A stretch of 64,000 nucleotides of DNA, from the NCBI GenBank assembly GCA_002718195.1, contig PBDU01000011.1, positions 219,927 through 283,926 on the forward strand, read 5' to 3'. The first letter of the stretch is position 1; each line of letters opens with the position of its first letter. Below are positions 28,691 through 37,351 of the stretch, one piece after another. The stretch is from Methanobacteriota archaeon. Lineage in GTDB: Archaea; Thermoplasmatota; Poseidoniia; Poseidoniales; Poseidoniaceae. Below the pieces are notes generated by a model that was not told the DNA's origin, did no database searches, and was given only the letters and a program-made list of their open reading frames with translations. A program made the position numbers and the translations under genes.

Positions 28691-28987
28691 ATGGAAAAAA
28701 ATGATACCGTAACGGAAGAAAAAATCAATCATTATCTTGATTTAACTCACAGAGCAAGGCAAAAAGCATCAATCATTCCAGCAAAGGATGAGCCTGGTTT
28801 TGGCTCGGTTATGACAATGCTCAAAATGGCTGATGATTATTACTCCGATGCAAAATATTTCCGTGACCAGGGAGATTACGTTCGAGCGTTTGGGGCAATA
28901 AATTACGCTCACGCCTGGATAGATGCAGGAGTAAAAATTGGTCTTCTAGATGGGCATGGCGATGACGTTTTATTCACTCTTCCCTGA
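28691..28987 (+). CDS. DUF357 family protein
   Basis: MADDYYSDAKYF...GDYVRAFGAINYAHAWIDAG. Confidence 0.9.
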   Translation: MEKNDTVTEEKINHYLDLTHRARQKASIIPAKDEPGFGSVMTMLKMADDYYSDAKYFRDQGDYVRAFGAINYAHAWIDAGVKIGLLDGHGDDVLFTLP

Positions 28988-29380
28988 AATATGTTCAGCC
29001 AGTGATCTTATCTCTGCCATTTGTACTAACTTGTCATCGATTTTTTGTTGCTCCAATCTAAGCAATATGTCAATGCACTCTGGCAATGACTTTGATAGTG
29101 AATACCTGTATGATGGTCTTCCTCTACCCGTATTCTTGACTTTGGATTTCTCTATGATATTCAAATTCTCTAGATTTTTTACAACCTGACTAATTTCCGG
29201 CTGCCTCAAATCACACCTCTTTTGCATATCAAGTGATGCTGAATCAGGATGATGGAAGAGGCAAACGACAACTTTACCCATGGAGTGGTTGATCCCCAAA
29301 TTTTCTAATTCCATTACTAAAGAATTAGAGCGGTCTCTATCCTCTGAGTTAAGTGTCGAATCAACGCTTACCGCTTCCAT
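28970..29380 (-). CDS. Archaeal wHTH transcriptional regulator (COG4738-like)
   Basis: DLRQPEISQVVKNL...GRGRPSYRYSL. Confidence 0.85.
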   Translation of the reverse strand: MEAVSVDSTLNSEDRDRSNSLVMELENLGINHSMGKVVVCLFHHPDSASLDMQKRCDLRQPEISQVVKNLENLNIIEKSKVKNTGRGRPSYRYSLSKSLPECIDILLRLEQQKIDDKLVQMAEIRSLAEHISGKSE

Positions 29381-29453
29381 TTTTGACTATTGATTTTCAA
29401 TGATATATGAAGTTGATACCGACATAAGTAGTCAGCAACTTTTTATTTCGATT

Positions 29454-29831
29454 TTATGCTTCTATCAGTCTTAAGTGATTTGATTGAACAATCTCCAATA
29501 AAGGGATTTTATTTTTCATTCCTCTTTCCTTTAATCTCTTATCCACGGTGAACAAAATCCCCTCATTTTCTATGGCGAGTTGAAGCAATTGGTCATCAGT
29601 GTGATTTGAATTTGCTTCAAATTCTACTACAGAGACTTTTCTATAGAATAACTGCATCATCAATTTCTTATCTGCAAACTTGATATCTACAATGTCCTCT
29701 AACTCGAATTCTACTTTCTGGCATGTGATCAAAGAGTAGTTACCGAATACTTTGGTTAATTCTATGTCTATGTTAACCGTCGACATCGAGATTGCTTTCC
29801 ATGCACAAGAGTCAACAATTATGTTTCTCAT
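29454..29831 (-). CDS. PIN-domain RNase (Fcf1/Utp24-like)
   Basis: IIVDS...ELE...HTDD...FTVDKRLK; customary neighbour of eIF2-gamma. Confidence 0.8.
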   Translation of the reverse strand: MRNIIVDSCAWKAISMSTVNIDIELTKVFGNYSLITCQKVEFELEDIVDIKFADKKLMMQLFYRKVSVVEFEANSNHTDDQLLQLAIENEGILFTVDKRLKERGMKNKIPLLEIVQSNHLRLIEA

Positions 29832-29847
29832 ATAATCACTGCTTAAA

Positions 29848-31086
29848 TCAGTTAATTACACCGTAACCGATTAGTCTCCATCTCGCTCCAAATCGTCTTG
29901 AAATTGAAACTCTCTGACCAGAATCAGCACATATTGGTAACCTTAGGTTCAGTTTTGCATTGTCTTTTGTAGCTTCTACAACAATTCCTACACTCGTAGC
30001 AGTAGATGCATTCAGCATCACCATTTCATTGCCTCTAAGTCTGTGTATCCTTTCACTTTCTCCTGTTTCTTGATTTGTCATGCTGTGCATTAAGTGTACA
30101 TCGATGTCGATGCTTGTCCTTATTTCTGGCAGACCACCCTTCTTAGCAACGATCTGACCGCTGAGATTATCTGCAGTAGTAACTGCAGGGTCAAGTTTTG
30201 TTGCTACTCCACAAAGACCTCCAGAGTGAGCAGTTTCAAGAGAAAGACCTCCTCCTTGAATAGTTGCAATTTCTGCTTCAATAGGCTCCCATCTTTCTTT
30301 ATTGCCTTTCCCAACCTTCTTACCAGGTCCTATTTCTATAATGTCGCCTACGCTGAAAGTCCCTTCAGTAATGCTTCCACCGATTACCCCTCCACGTAAT
30401 TTTCCGGGTCTTGTTCCTGGTCTGTTGATATCAAATGATCTTGCAACATGCATGATTGACCTAGTATGCTTTGTAGAATCCGGAGTAGGAATGGTTTCCT
30501 GAATTGCCTCAATAAGAATGTCCAAGTTTACATCGTGATGGGCACTGACTGGGATAATTGGTGCATTTTCTGCAATGGTTCCCTTGGTAAATTCTTTGAT
30601 TTCATTATAATTTTCTAAGGCTCTTTCTTTGGTGACGATATCAATCTTATTTTGAACGATTACGACATTTTCAATACCAGCAATTTCCAATGCCATGAGA
30701 TGCTCCCTAGTTTGAGGTTGTGGGCATGATTCATTGGCAGCTACCATCAACAGCGCACCGTCCATTATTGAAGCGCCTGTAATCATTATTGCCATCAGGG
30801 TTTCGTGCCCCGGAGCGTCCACAAATGAAACAACTCTTTGGAGTTCAGAATCAACGTCCTTCCCACCATCTGGTCTTTGTCCAAGAGGGTAATACACTCC
30901 TTCCTTTGTTTTGTAAAAAGCAGTATCTGCGTATCCCAATTTTATCGAGATGCCTCTCTTCCTTTCTTCTGAGTGAGTATCTGTCCATACTCCTGAAAGT
31001 GCCTTGGTAAGAGTAGTCTTTCCATGGTCAACATGGCCTACTAGTCCAATGTTTACTTCCGGTTGTGCAGGTAGTTTTCTTGCCAT
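29848..31086 (-). CDS. eif2g: Translation initiation factor 2 gamma subunit
   Basis: GHVDHGKTT, DAPGHE, NKID and RWRLIGYG. Confidence 0.98.
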   Translation of the reverse strand: MARKLPAQPEVNIGLVGHVDHGKTTLTKALSGVWTDTHSEERKRGISIKLGYADTAFYKTKEGVYYPLGQRPDGGKDVDSELQRVVSFVDAPGHETLMAIMITGASIMDGALLMVAANESCPQPQTREHLMALEIAGIENVVIVQNKIDIVTKERALENYNEIKEFTKGTIAENAPIIPVSAHHDVNLDILIEAIQETIPTPDSTKHTRSIMHVARSFDINRPGTRPGKLRGGVIGGSITEGTFSVGDIIEIGPGKKVGKGNKERWEPIEAEIATIQGGGLSLETAHSGGLCGVATKLDPAVTTADNLSGQIVAKKGGLPEIRTSIDIDVHLMHSMTNQETGESERIHRLRGNEMVMLNASTATSVGIVVEATKDNAKLNLRLPICADSGQRVSISRRFGARWRLIGYGVIN

Positions 31087-31122
31087 ACTACCTCACTCCG
31101 TTGCTAAGATATGCCTCTCGGC

Positions 31123-31602
31123 TCACTCCGATGCTTCCTCTTTTGAACCAAGCAAGTCTTCTAGGGACTTGTTTCCTGCTTCAACAACTTTCAAATTAAT
31201 TTGGCGAGTATCTTGAGTAATCATGCTTCCTCTGAATACTCTTCTCTTTCTTAGACCATCAGGATTGTATCTGAATCTCTTTTTGTCTCCGTCCTTTGTT
31301 TTGTAAACTAATTTGTTACCCTTGAATCCAACAGATTTTGTGACTAGAATTGATTGGCGGTTTCCACCCTCCAAATCTCTTCTCATCGGTGTTCCAGTTT
31401 TGTCAGAGCCACCTGTTATCTCTAATTTGTATCCAGACAGAGTGCTCTCTCCAGATCCAACGAAAATTCCATCAACTACGTCGCCAATCTTTTTACCGAG
31501 TAACTGTGAATGGTTGTTACCAGAAATAGTCAAGGAATACGCCTTGCCATTACTTGAAGGATTTGTGTCATTTACAACTGCAATGAATTCACTGTCTGCC
31601 AT
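31123..31602 (-). CDS. rps6e: 30S ribosomal protein S6e
   Basis: LLGKKIGD, ITGGSDKTGTPM and QINLKV. Confidence 0.95.
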   Translation of the reverse strand: MADSEFIAVVNDTNPSSNGKAYSLTISGNNHSQLLGKKIGDVVDGIFVGSGESTLSGYKLEITGGSDKTGTPMRRDLEGGNRQSILVTKSVGFKGNKLVYKTKDGDKKRFRYNPDGLRKRRVFRGSMITQDTRQINLKVVEAGNKSLEDLLGSKEEASE

Positions 31603-31676
31603 GTATAATCACCATCTAACAGTGCGCCGACAAGCGACCCGTATTTATGGGCATCGCATCCAATTAGAGATGAATT

Positions 31677-32861
31677 CTACCGCAATTCAGCCTTTATCAA
31701 CATCTCTAGTCTTGTCGCAAGGTCATTCGGAAGGACATTTGGCATACTGATGTATGTTGTCCTTCCCCTTGTATTTTCTATGTTCGATACCTCTCTTGAT
31801 ATTATTCCTGAGATTTCTAAATCGTTAATTATCTTCCAGATGGTAGTTTGCCCTTTTGCTTTAACCATGTACTCTTCACAGACTGCCGCATAAATTCCCT
31901 GAACATCTTTGCTGGTCATGTTTGATTCTTTCCTTAATCTTCTGCAAATTGCTAGAGATACAAGTTTTTGATGCGTCGTTAAATTCTTTACAATATCTTC
32001 TGACATTGATGGGTTGATTTGAGTACTCGCTTGTTGTACATCATCCATCTCTAGATTGGATCTACCTTCTGACTCGGCTTTTAGGACAGCATTATTCAAA
32101 GATTCTATGACTCTTCTAGCATCTCCATATTGCTCGCTTCCTTCAGCTATCAATCTCAATATTTTTTCATCATAACTACCCGGCTTAATGGTTAATTTCG
32201 CACGTTGTTCGACGATTTGGTATAATTGGTTCAAATCGTAAGGACTGAATTTTACCAATGAAGATGTCCCCAGTCTTGATATGACTGCTCCTTCAAGGAG
32301 ATCTAGGACTTGTTCTTGGCTTATCATAATCAATGAAAGCGTACCTGATGTGGCTTGATCTTCATCTATTCTAAGCAGTTGGTATATGACATCATTGCCT
32401 GATTTTCTGAGCAATCTATCCACTTCATCCAATATCACGATGACGTGTGTTGAATCTTTTCTCGCTAATTTTCTAATCGAAGAGAGCAATTCTCCCATTG
32501 CCAGTCCTCTGTCTGGATGTCCTTCGTCGAATACTGAGACTATTTTGTGTAAAACTTGCATTGGAGTAGAATGATTTCTGCAGTTTATGTGGACATACTT
32601 TATTTTCCTACTCGCTTCAAATTTAGTTTGTAAATCTCTGCAGAATCTCTTTGCTACACTAGTTTTACCAGTCCCAACTGGTCCTGAAAGAACTGCTTTA
32701 CCTGAACCGTTTGCGGTTATTACCGGAGAGAACTTCAAAGCCATCTCCCTTAGAATTTCATCCCTTCCTACCAGTTGCTCCGGAACATAGTCGAAACTGA
32801 ACGGTTCTGAATCCAAGATGATTAGTCCTGCACCGATTACGTCTAGGTAGTCGAATGTCAT
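31677..32861 (-). CDS. cdc6: Orc1/Cdc6 replication initiator
   Basis: FDYVPEQLVGRD, GPVGTGKT, HINC, LDEVD, GDARR and wHTH RGRTT. Confidence 0.93.
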   Translation of the reverse strand: MTFDYLDVIGAGLIILDSEPFSFDYVPEQLVGRDEILREMALKFSPVITANGSGKAVLSGPVGTGKTSVAKRFCRDLQTKFEASRKIKYVHINCRNHSTPMQVLHKIVSVFDEGHPDRGLAMGELLSSIRKLARKDSTHVIVILDEVDRLLRKSGNDVIYQLLRIDEDQATSGTLSLIMISQEQVLDLLEGAVISRLGTSSLVKFSPYDLNQLYQIVEQRAKLTIKPGSYDEKILRLIAEGSEQYGDARRVIESLNNAVLKAESEGRSNLEMDDVQQASTQINPSMSEDIVKNLTTHQKLVSLAICRRLRKESNMTSKDVQGIYAAVCEEYMVKAKGQTTIWKIINDLEISGIISREVSNIENTRGRTTYISMPNVLPNDLATRLEMLIKAELR

Positions 32862-32940
32862 ACAGAATGCTCTCGGTGTCAACCGTTATTGAAGATACGC
32901 ATTATATTCTGAAAATAAACCATTTTTATGGTTAATTTTT

Positions 32941-34059
32941 TCAGGGAATCTCATCGAACTGGTATCCAGTTTCCCATTTCTTTTCACCGAGTGCAACTTC
33001 TAATTCAAACGGAGTAATCATTGGTTTTGAATATCTAACTGCATCATCAATTGCAATTCTAGGGCATGCAGTATTTACAAATGCATCCACTGGATAGAAA
33101 TCAATTAAATCAGGACCAACGTGTTCCAATGCTAGAAGATAACCGGTTTTTCCATGCTTCTCGAGCAGTCTCTTCATCCTTAATGCAAGTGTTCTACGCA
33201 TTTGACCGGGTTTTTCTCCGATTAAAATTCCAAACCTAGTTGCTTCTTGACTTGAAACGATTAGCCCAAATCTTTGTCTGAGTATTCTTTCTATTCTTTG
33301 CAGTGACATCTCAGAGGCATCCCCTGTGTATGGATCGAGCATAGAGAGAGGTTTGCCGGTGTGTAGGACTAATCCTATTGGATGAAAATCCCCAGAACCG
33401 AGGAAAAGATAATGACCGATTGAGTCGTCATCTCCGGAGTAGTTACAACCCAGTACTTGTCCTGGGAATGTTAGTCTTGCTCCGCCAAGGGGTACGGTGA
33501 CCTCGAACCCAGCCTTTTCTAAGCGGTCCTGAAATTCTGGCAACTTGTGTAAATGTTGAATTGATGCAACTAATCCGAGTTTAGTATCTGTTAGGGGCGC
33601 GCTTCTTCCAACCGCATCAAGAAATACTTCTTGCGCTTCCTCTTCACTCATATTCTGATTAGCAGAGGAGTTTAATCTTGACCTAGCCATCTCTCTGTGA
33701 GATTGTAGATATGGTAGCACCGGCTCCAATTCAGGGTCTCCATCATATGTTACATCAATAAACTGAGTAGGCATTCCAGAGTCAATATTCATCTGGGAAT
33801 GCCCCATGTGAGCAACTAATTCAACACCCATCATTTTCATTTTATCGTGTACTAAATCACAGGCACCGTAACATGGATCAGCTGCTAAAACTACCTTAGC
33901 GCTGGTTTCAGACTCAATTTGATCCATCATTTCTAGTGCTTGCATCTTTAGTCCTTCAGGAACTTGAAGAGCAATTAGGCGGTTGTCATTTTCTTGGATC
34001 CTCTTGACAAGGTCGTCTAATTGGAAGTCGTGACGGTCTAAGTCCATAGGTATCCCCAA
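32941..34059 (-). CDS. dph2: Diphthamide biosynthesis enzyme Dph2
   Basis: ALQVPEGL, CYGACD, GQVLGC and TACPR (three Fe-S Cys). Confidence 0.95.
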   Translation of the reverse strand: MGIPMDLDRHDFQLDDLVKRIQENDNRLIALQVPEGLKMQALEMMDQIESETSAKVVLAADPCYGACDLVHDKMKMMGVELVAHMGHSQMNIDSGMPTQFIDVTYDGDPELEPVLPYLQSHREMARSRLNSSANQNMSEEEAQEVFLDAVGRSAPLTDTKLGLVASIQHLHKLPEFQDRLEKAGFEVTVPLGGARLTFPGQVLGCNYSGDDDSIGHYLFLGSGDFHPIGLVLHTGKPLSMLDPYTGDASEMSLQRIERILRQRFGLIVSSQEATRFGILIGEKPGQMRRTLALRMKRLLEKHGKTGYLLALEHVGPDLIDFYPVDAFVNTACPRIAIDDAVRYSKPMITPFELEVALGEKKWETGYQFDEIP

Positions 34060-34114
34060 GCAATCCGGAAGGTCATCTATTCAAGAATTAGTAGGTTGAA
34101 AGAGTGAACATTAG

Positions 34115-34684
34115 TCACAGAAGGATTATGTTGTCTCCATCCATCTCCAGCTTGATGATTGATTCTATTTTAATGTCAGGATAATCATTTTGTAAATTTT
34201 TCATCCCCTCTCCTTTTTCGACAAGAGTAATCATGTGAGACGTAGTAGCGCCTGCTCTGATGACTCCATCAAAAACAGCACGCATGGTGCCTCCTGTGGA
34301 AAGGACATCGTCCACGATTAAAACTCTCTCGTTTGGCGATATGTCGTTGAGAAATAATTCCCCTTTTGAATATCCTGTTTCCTGTGAAATCTTTACTTCT
34401 GAGTCCATTCCATAGGAGCGCTTTCTGCATACAACAAGGGGTTTTTCAGCTTTGAGTGCCAACGGCGAGCATATTGGAAGCCCCATCGCTTCAATTCCAA
34501 GAATGATATCGATATTTTTCCAATTTACCATTTCGTAGACTACATCGATGACAGATTTCAGAACTTTTGATTCAATTCTTGGAACTCCATCTGTTAATGG
34601 ATGTATGAAATACGGGTAATCTCCTTTCCAAAGGATGGGGGAATTTTGAAGAGATTGTTTAATGACATCCATGCTCTCATTCAT
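34115..34684 (-). CDS. hpt: Archaeal purine (hypoxanthine/guanine) phosphoribosyltransferase
   Basis: YPYFIHPLTDGVP, IEAMG and IVDDVLSTGGT. Confidence 0.88.
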   Translation of the reverse strand: MNESMDVIKQSLQNSPILWKGDYPYFIHPLTDGVPRIESKVLKSVIDVVYEMVNWKNIDIILGIEAMGLPICSPLALKAEKPLVVCRKRSYGMDSEVKISQETGYSKGELFLNDISPNERVLIVDDVLSTGGTMRAVFDGVIRAGATTSHMITLVEKGEGMKNLQNDYPDIKIESIIKLEMDGDNIILL

Positions 34685-34720
34685 AATTAATCCCCCTGGG
34701 CGAATTGCGGAATGATGTTA

Positions 34721-35131
34721 TCAGAGCTCAGCAATGTACTCTACGTACTCATCAGGATCGAGAAGTTGGTCCTCATCGTAGTTGTGAGGCTCCAAGATAA
34801 CAACCCAGCCCAAATCATAGGTCGAATCATTAATCAGTTCAGGATTCTGTTCTACTTCTCCGTTAACTTCTGTGATTATCCCATCAAAAGGAGATGGGAT
34901 AGGGAACTTTCCATCTGCAGTCCAGATTGAAAACAATGCTCCGTCGATATCAACTTCTGAATCTTGCTGAGGCAGAATAACTCTGAGGGCATCGCCAGCC
35001 TCAATGAGAAAGTACTCGCTGATACCTATCATCAACTTTTCATCTTTCTCTTGAAACCAAACGTGGTCCGATGAATATCTTCTGTTGTGTGCTACGTTAA
35101 ACTCCAAAATTTCTTCTTCTGGTGAATCCAT
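34721..35131 (-). CDS. Glycine cleavage H-protein-like protein lacking the canonical lipoyl lysine
   Basis: YSSDHVW, IGISEY and SPFDGIITEVN...PELIN...YDLGW. The ESVK motif is replaced by WTAD. Confidence 0.8.
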   Translation of the reverse strand: MDSPEEEILEFNVAHNRRYSSDHVWFQEKDEKLMIGISEYFLIEAGDALRVILPQQDSEVDIDGALFSIWTADGKFPIPSPFDGIITEVNGEVEQNPELINDSTYDLGWVVILEPHNYDEDQLLDPDEYVEYIAEL

Positions 35132-35250
35132 TCCAAGTCTCTCCTTGGATTCGGCGAGAATCCCTTATATATCAACTTCATCATTTGACGAACTTGGAGT
35201 CAATGGAGTGACAACAATGGATTATTAACAGCCTCCTGCTGGGTTGTTTC

Positions 35251-36420
35251 ATGCAGTTCGCAGAGGCAGAAGAACACACCATGATTCGTGAGATGGTCCG
35301 TGAGTTCGCAGAGACAGTTTTAACCCCAACAATTGAACACAGGGACGCAAATCAGATACCTCCTAGCGAGGAATGGCAAGCATTTCTCGAACTAGGACTG
35401 CAAGGTATCACAATTCCAGAAGAATACGGCGGAGCTCCAATCGATGATATTACAGAATCAATTGTTGTTGAGGAACTTGCTAGAGTTGACCCATCCTTTG
35501 CAGTTATGTATTGTGTTCATGTTGGACTTTGCGCTAAGACTATCGCTTTGCATGGAAATGAGGAGCAGAAGCAAAAGTATCTGTCGCGCCTAGCAGCCGG
35601 AGAAGTAGGCGCATACTCGCTTTCCGAGGCTGGAGCGGGAACCGATGCTGCAGCAATGGTCTGTAAGGCAAAATTGAATGATGAAGGAACTCATTACATC
35701 CTGAATGGCGAGAAGATGTGGGTCACAAATGGTGCTCAAGCAGGCATTTACGTACTATTTGCTAAGGATGTTGACCACCCTGATTACGGAGTAAAGAAGC
35801 ACGGAGGAACCACTGCATTCATCGTCGAACAAGGATTTGAAGGATTTACAGTTGGTAAGAAAGAAGACAAACTTGGTATCAGATCTTCTGACACATGTAC
35901 TCTGATTTTGGAAAACTGTAAGGTTCCAGCAGAAAATGTCCTGAAGGGAAGCGGTAAAGGATTCCCAATAGGGATGAATGCTCTTGACAACTCTAGAATC
36001 GGAATTGCAGCACAAGCACTCGGTATAGCTCAAGGTGCCTACGAGGCAGCACTCAAGTATAGCCAGGAAAGGGAAACATTCGGTGTTCCTATTGGTCGCC
36101 ATCAATTAATCACAGGTTATCTTGCTGATATGGCTACAAGAATAGAGGCTGCAAGACTTCTTGTTTACAAAGCATCTTGGGCCAAAGAAGAGCACTACGA
36201 GAATGGAGGCACAAGACACACAAAGGAAGCGAGCATGGCCAAGTTGTTTGCTGGAGATACTGCGATGTGGGTTTCAGAAAGAGCAGTTCAAATTCTTGGT
36301 GGCTATGGGTTCACAAAAGAATTCCCAGTGGAGAGATTCTTCAGAGATGCTAAGATTACTCAAATATATGAGGGGACCCAAGAAGTTCAGAAGTTGGTTA
36401 TTGCTAGAGCATTAAAGTAA
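35251..36420 (+). CDS. Acyl-CoA dehydrogenase
   Basis: LSEAGAGTD, LNGEKMWVTNG, RIGIAAQALG and IYEGTQEVQ. Confidence 0.95.
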   Translation: MQFAEAEEHTMIREMVREFAETVLTPTIEHRDANQIPPSEEWQAFLELGLQGITIPEEYGGAPIDDITESIVVEELARVDPSFAVMYCVHVGLCAKTIALHGNEEQKQKYLSRLAAGEVGAYSLSEAGAGTDAAAMVCKAKLNDEGTHYILNGEKMWVTNGAQAGIYVLFAKDVDHPDYGVKKHGGTTAFIVEQGFEGFTVGKKEDKLGIRSSDTCTLILENCKVPAENVLKGSGKGFPIGMNALDNSRIGIAAQALGIAQGAYEAALKYSQERETFGVPIGRHQLITGYLADMATRIEAARLLVYKASWAKEEHYENGGTRHTKEASMAKLFAGDTAMWVSERAVQILGGYGFTKEFPVERFFRDAKITQIYEGTQEVQKLVIARALK

Positions 36421-37305
36421 CTCATAGCACTTGAAAACCGGCATTTGTAATGCCTTATTCCAATCACAGATTTCACCCTTGAATGAAAACCACTGACCAA
36501 CTGATGGTATTTGCTCTAATTCATGGGGCATCTGAATTTCAATTTCTCTTTCAATCTGGTCAAAGGAGCATGATAGTGTCATTCCACCTTTGTATTCAGG
36601 TTCTGCAAGTAGTGTTCTCTTTACTGAGTTCACGTGACAGTTAAGGGTAAATTCTTCATTTGCACTACCAACGATATGGTCTATTTCTTTGTTCAATTTA
36701 GCAATACCAAAAGCATCCAAAACAGATTCTAATCTTGCGGAGTCAAATGATATAAGTTCTCTTTCTACCGAAGGAGAAACAACAACTTCACGATCGATAT
36801 CAAAGTCTCGCTCATCAAACCTATCTTCAATCACTTCAACTGATTCTTGCTTTGCTTGTTGCAACTTATCCTCTATCGATTCAACTTTTACAACTTCTTC
36901 TGGCTGTTCAATGGGTTCCTCGATTTCTGCTTGCTCTTCTGTATCCCCAGTCCCCTCAGTTTCATCGGGTTTGATAATTTCTTCTGCCTTGTCTATTTTC
37001 TCTTCCACGGAAGCAACTTCTTCAGTGATGTCCAACCCATATGATGCTAAGAATGCAAGAAACTCATTTTTGCTTACGGACCCGGATCTATCCGATGATC
37101 CAGCTCTTTTCTTGATGGATTTTACTACTGCTCTGGATACCCAATCAGGAGGGGACGTACCCACTGCTCTTGTGAGCGCAGCATCTAGTTGCTGCGCATT
37201 GAATGAGCCATTCCTTGCAACATCAAGTTGCTCAAAGGCTTGGTTTGCAGTCATGTCAGAATTTTTAATCCAATTTACGAAGTTATTGACGACTGCTGCT
37301 TCCAC
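36412..37305 (-). CDS. EF-hand-like protein with acidic linker and possible C-terminal OB-fold
   Basis: FEQLDVARNGSF and SDRSGSVSKNEF loops; beta-rich C-terminus. Confidence 0.5.
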   Translation of the reverse strand: MEAAVVNNFVNWIKNSDMTANQAFEQLDVARNGSFNAQQLDAALTRAVGTSPPDWVSRAVVKSIKKRAGSSDRSGSVSKNEFLAFLASYGLDITEEVASVEEKIDKAEEIIKPDETEGTGDTEEQAEIEEPIEQPEEVVKVESIEDKLQQAKQESVEVIEDRFDERDFDIDREVVVSPSVERELISFDSARLESVLDAFGIAKLNKEIDHIVGSANEEFTLNCHVNSVKRTLLAEPEYKGGMTLSCSFDQIEREIEIQMPHELEQIPSVGQWFSFKGEICDWNKALQMPVFKCYELL

Positions 37306-37351
37306 GGTTATCGCTCTAACGCAGAGTCGGGGTTGTATTAACCTTATTCCG

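Noticed and set aside
29454-29831. PIN gene plus adjacent regulator as a VapBC toxin-antitoxin pair
   Set aside because: This PIN type is the customary eIF2-gamma neighbour (Fcf1-like); the regulator lies downstream and separate.
32918-32933. Small palindrome AACCAT-TTTT-ATGGTT upstream of cdc6
   Set aside because: Only a 6-bp arm in AT-rich DNA, single copy, and unlike ORB; plausibly chance or a terminator.
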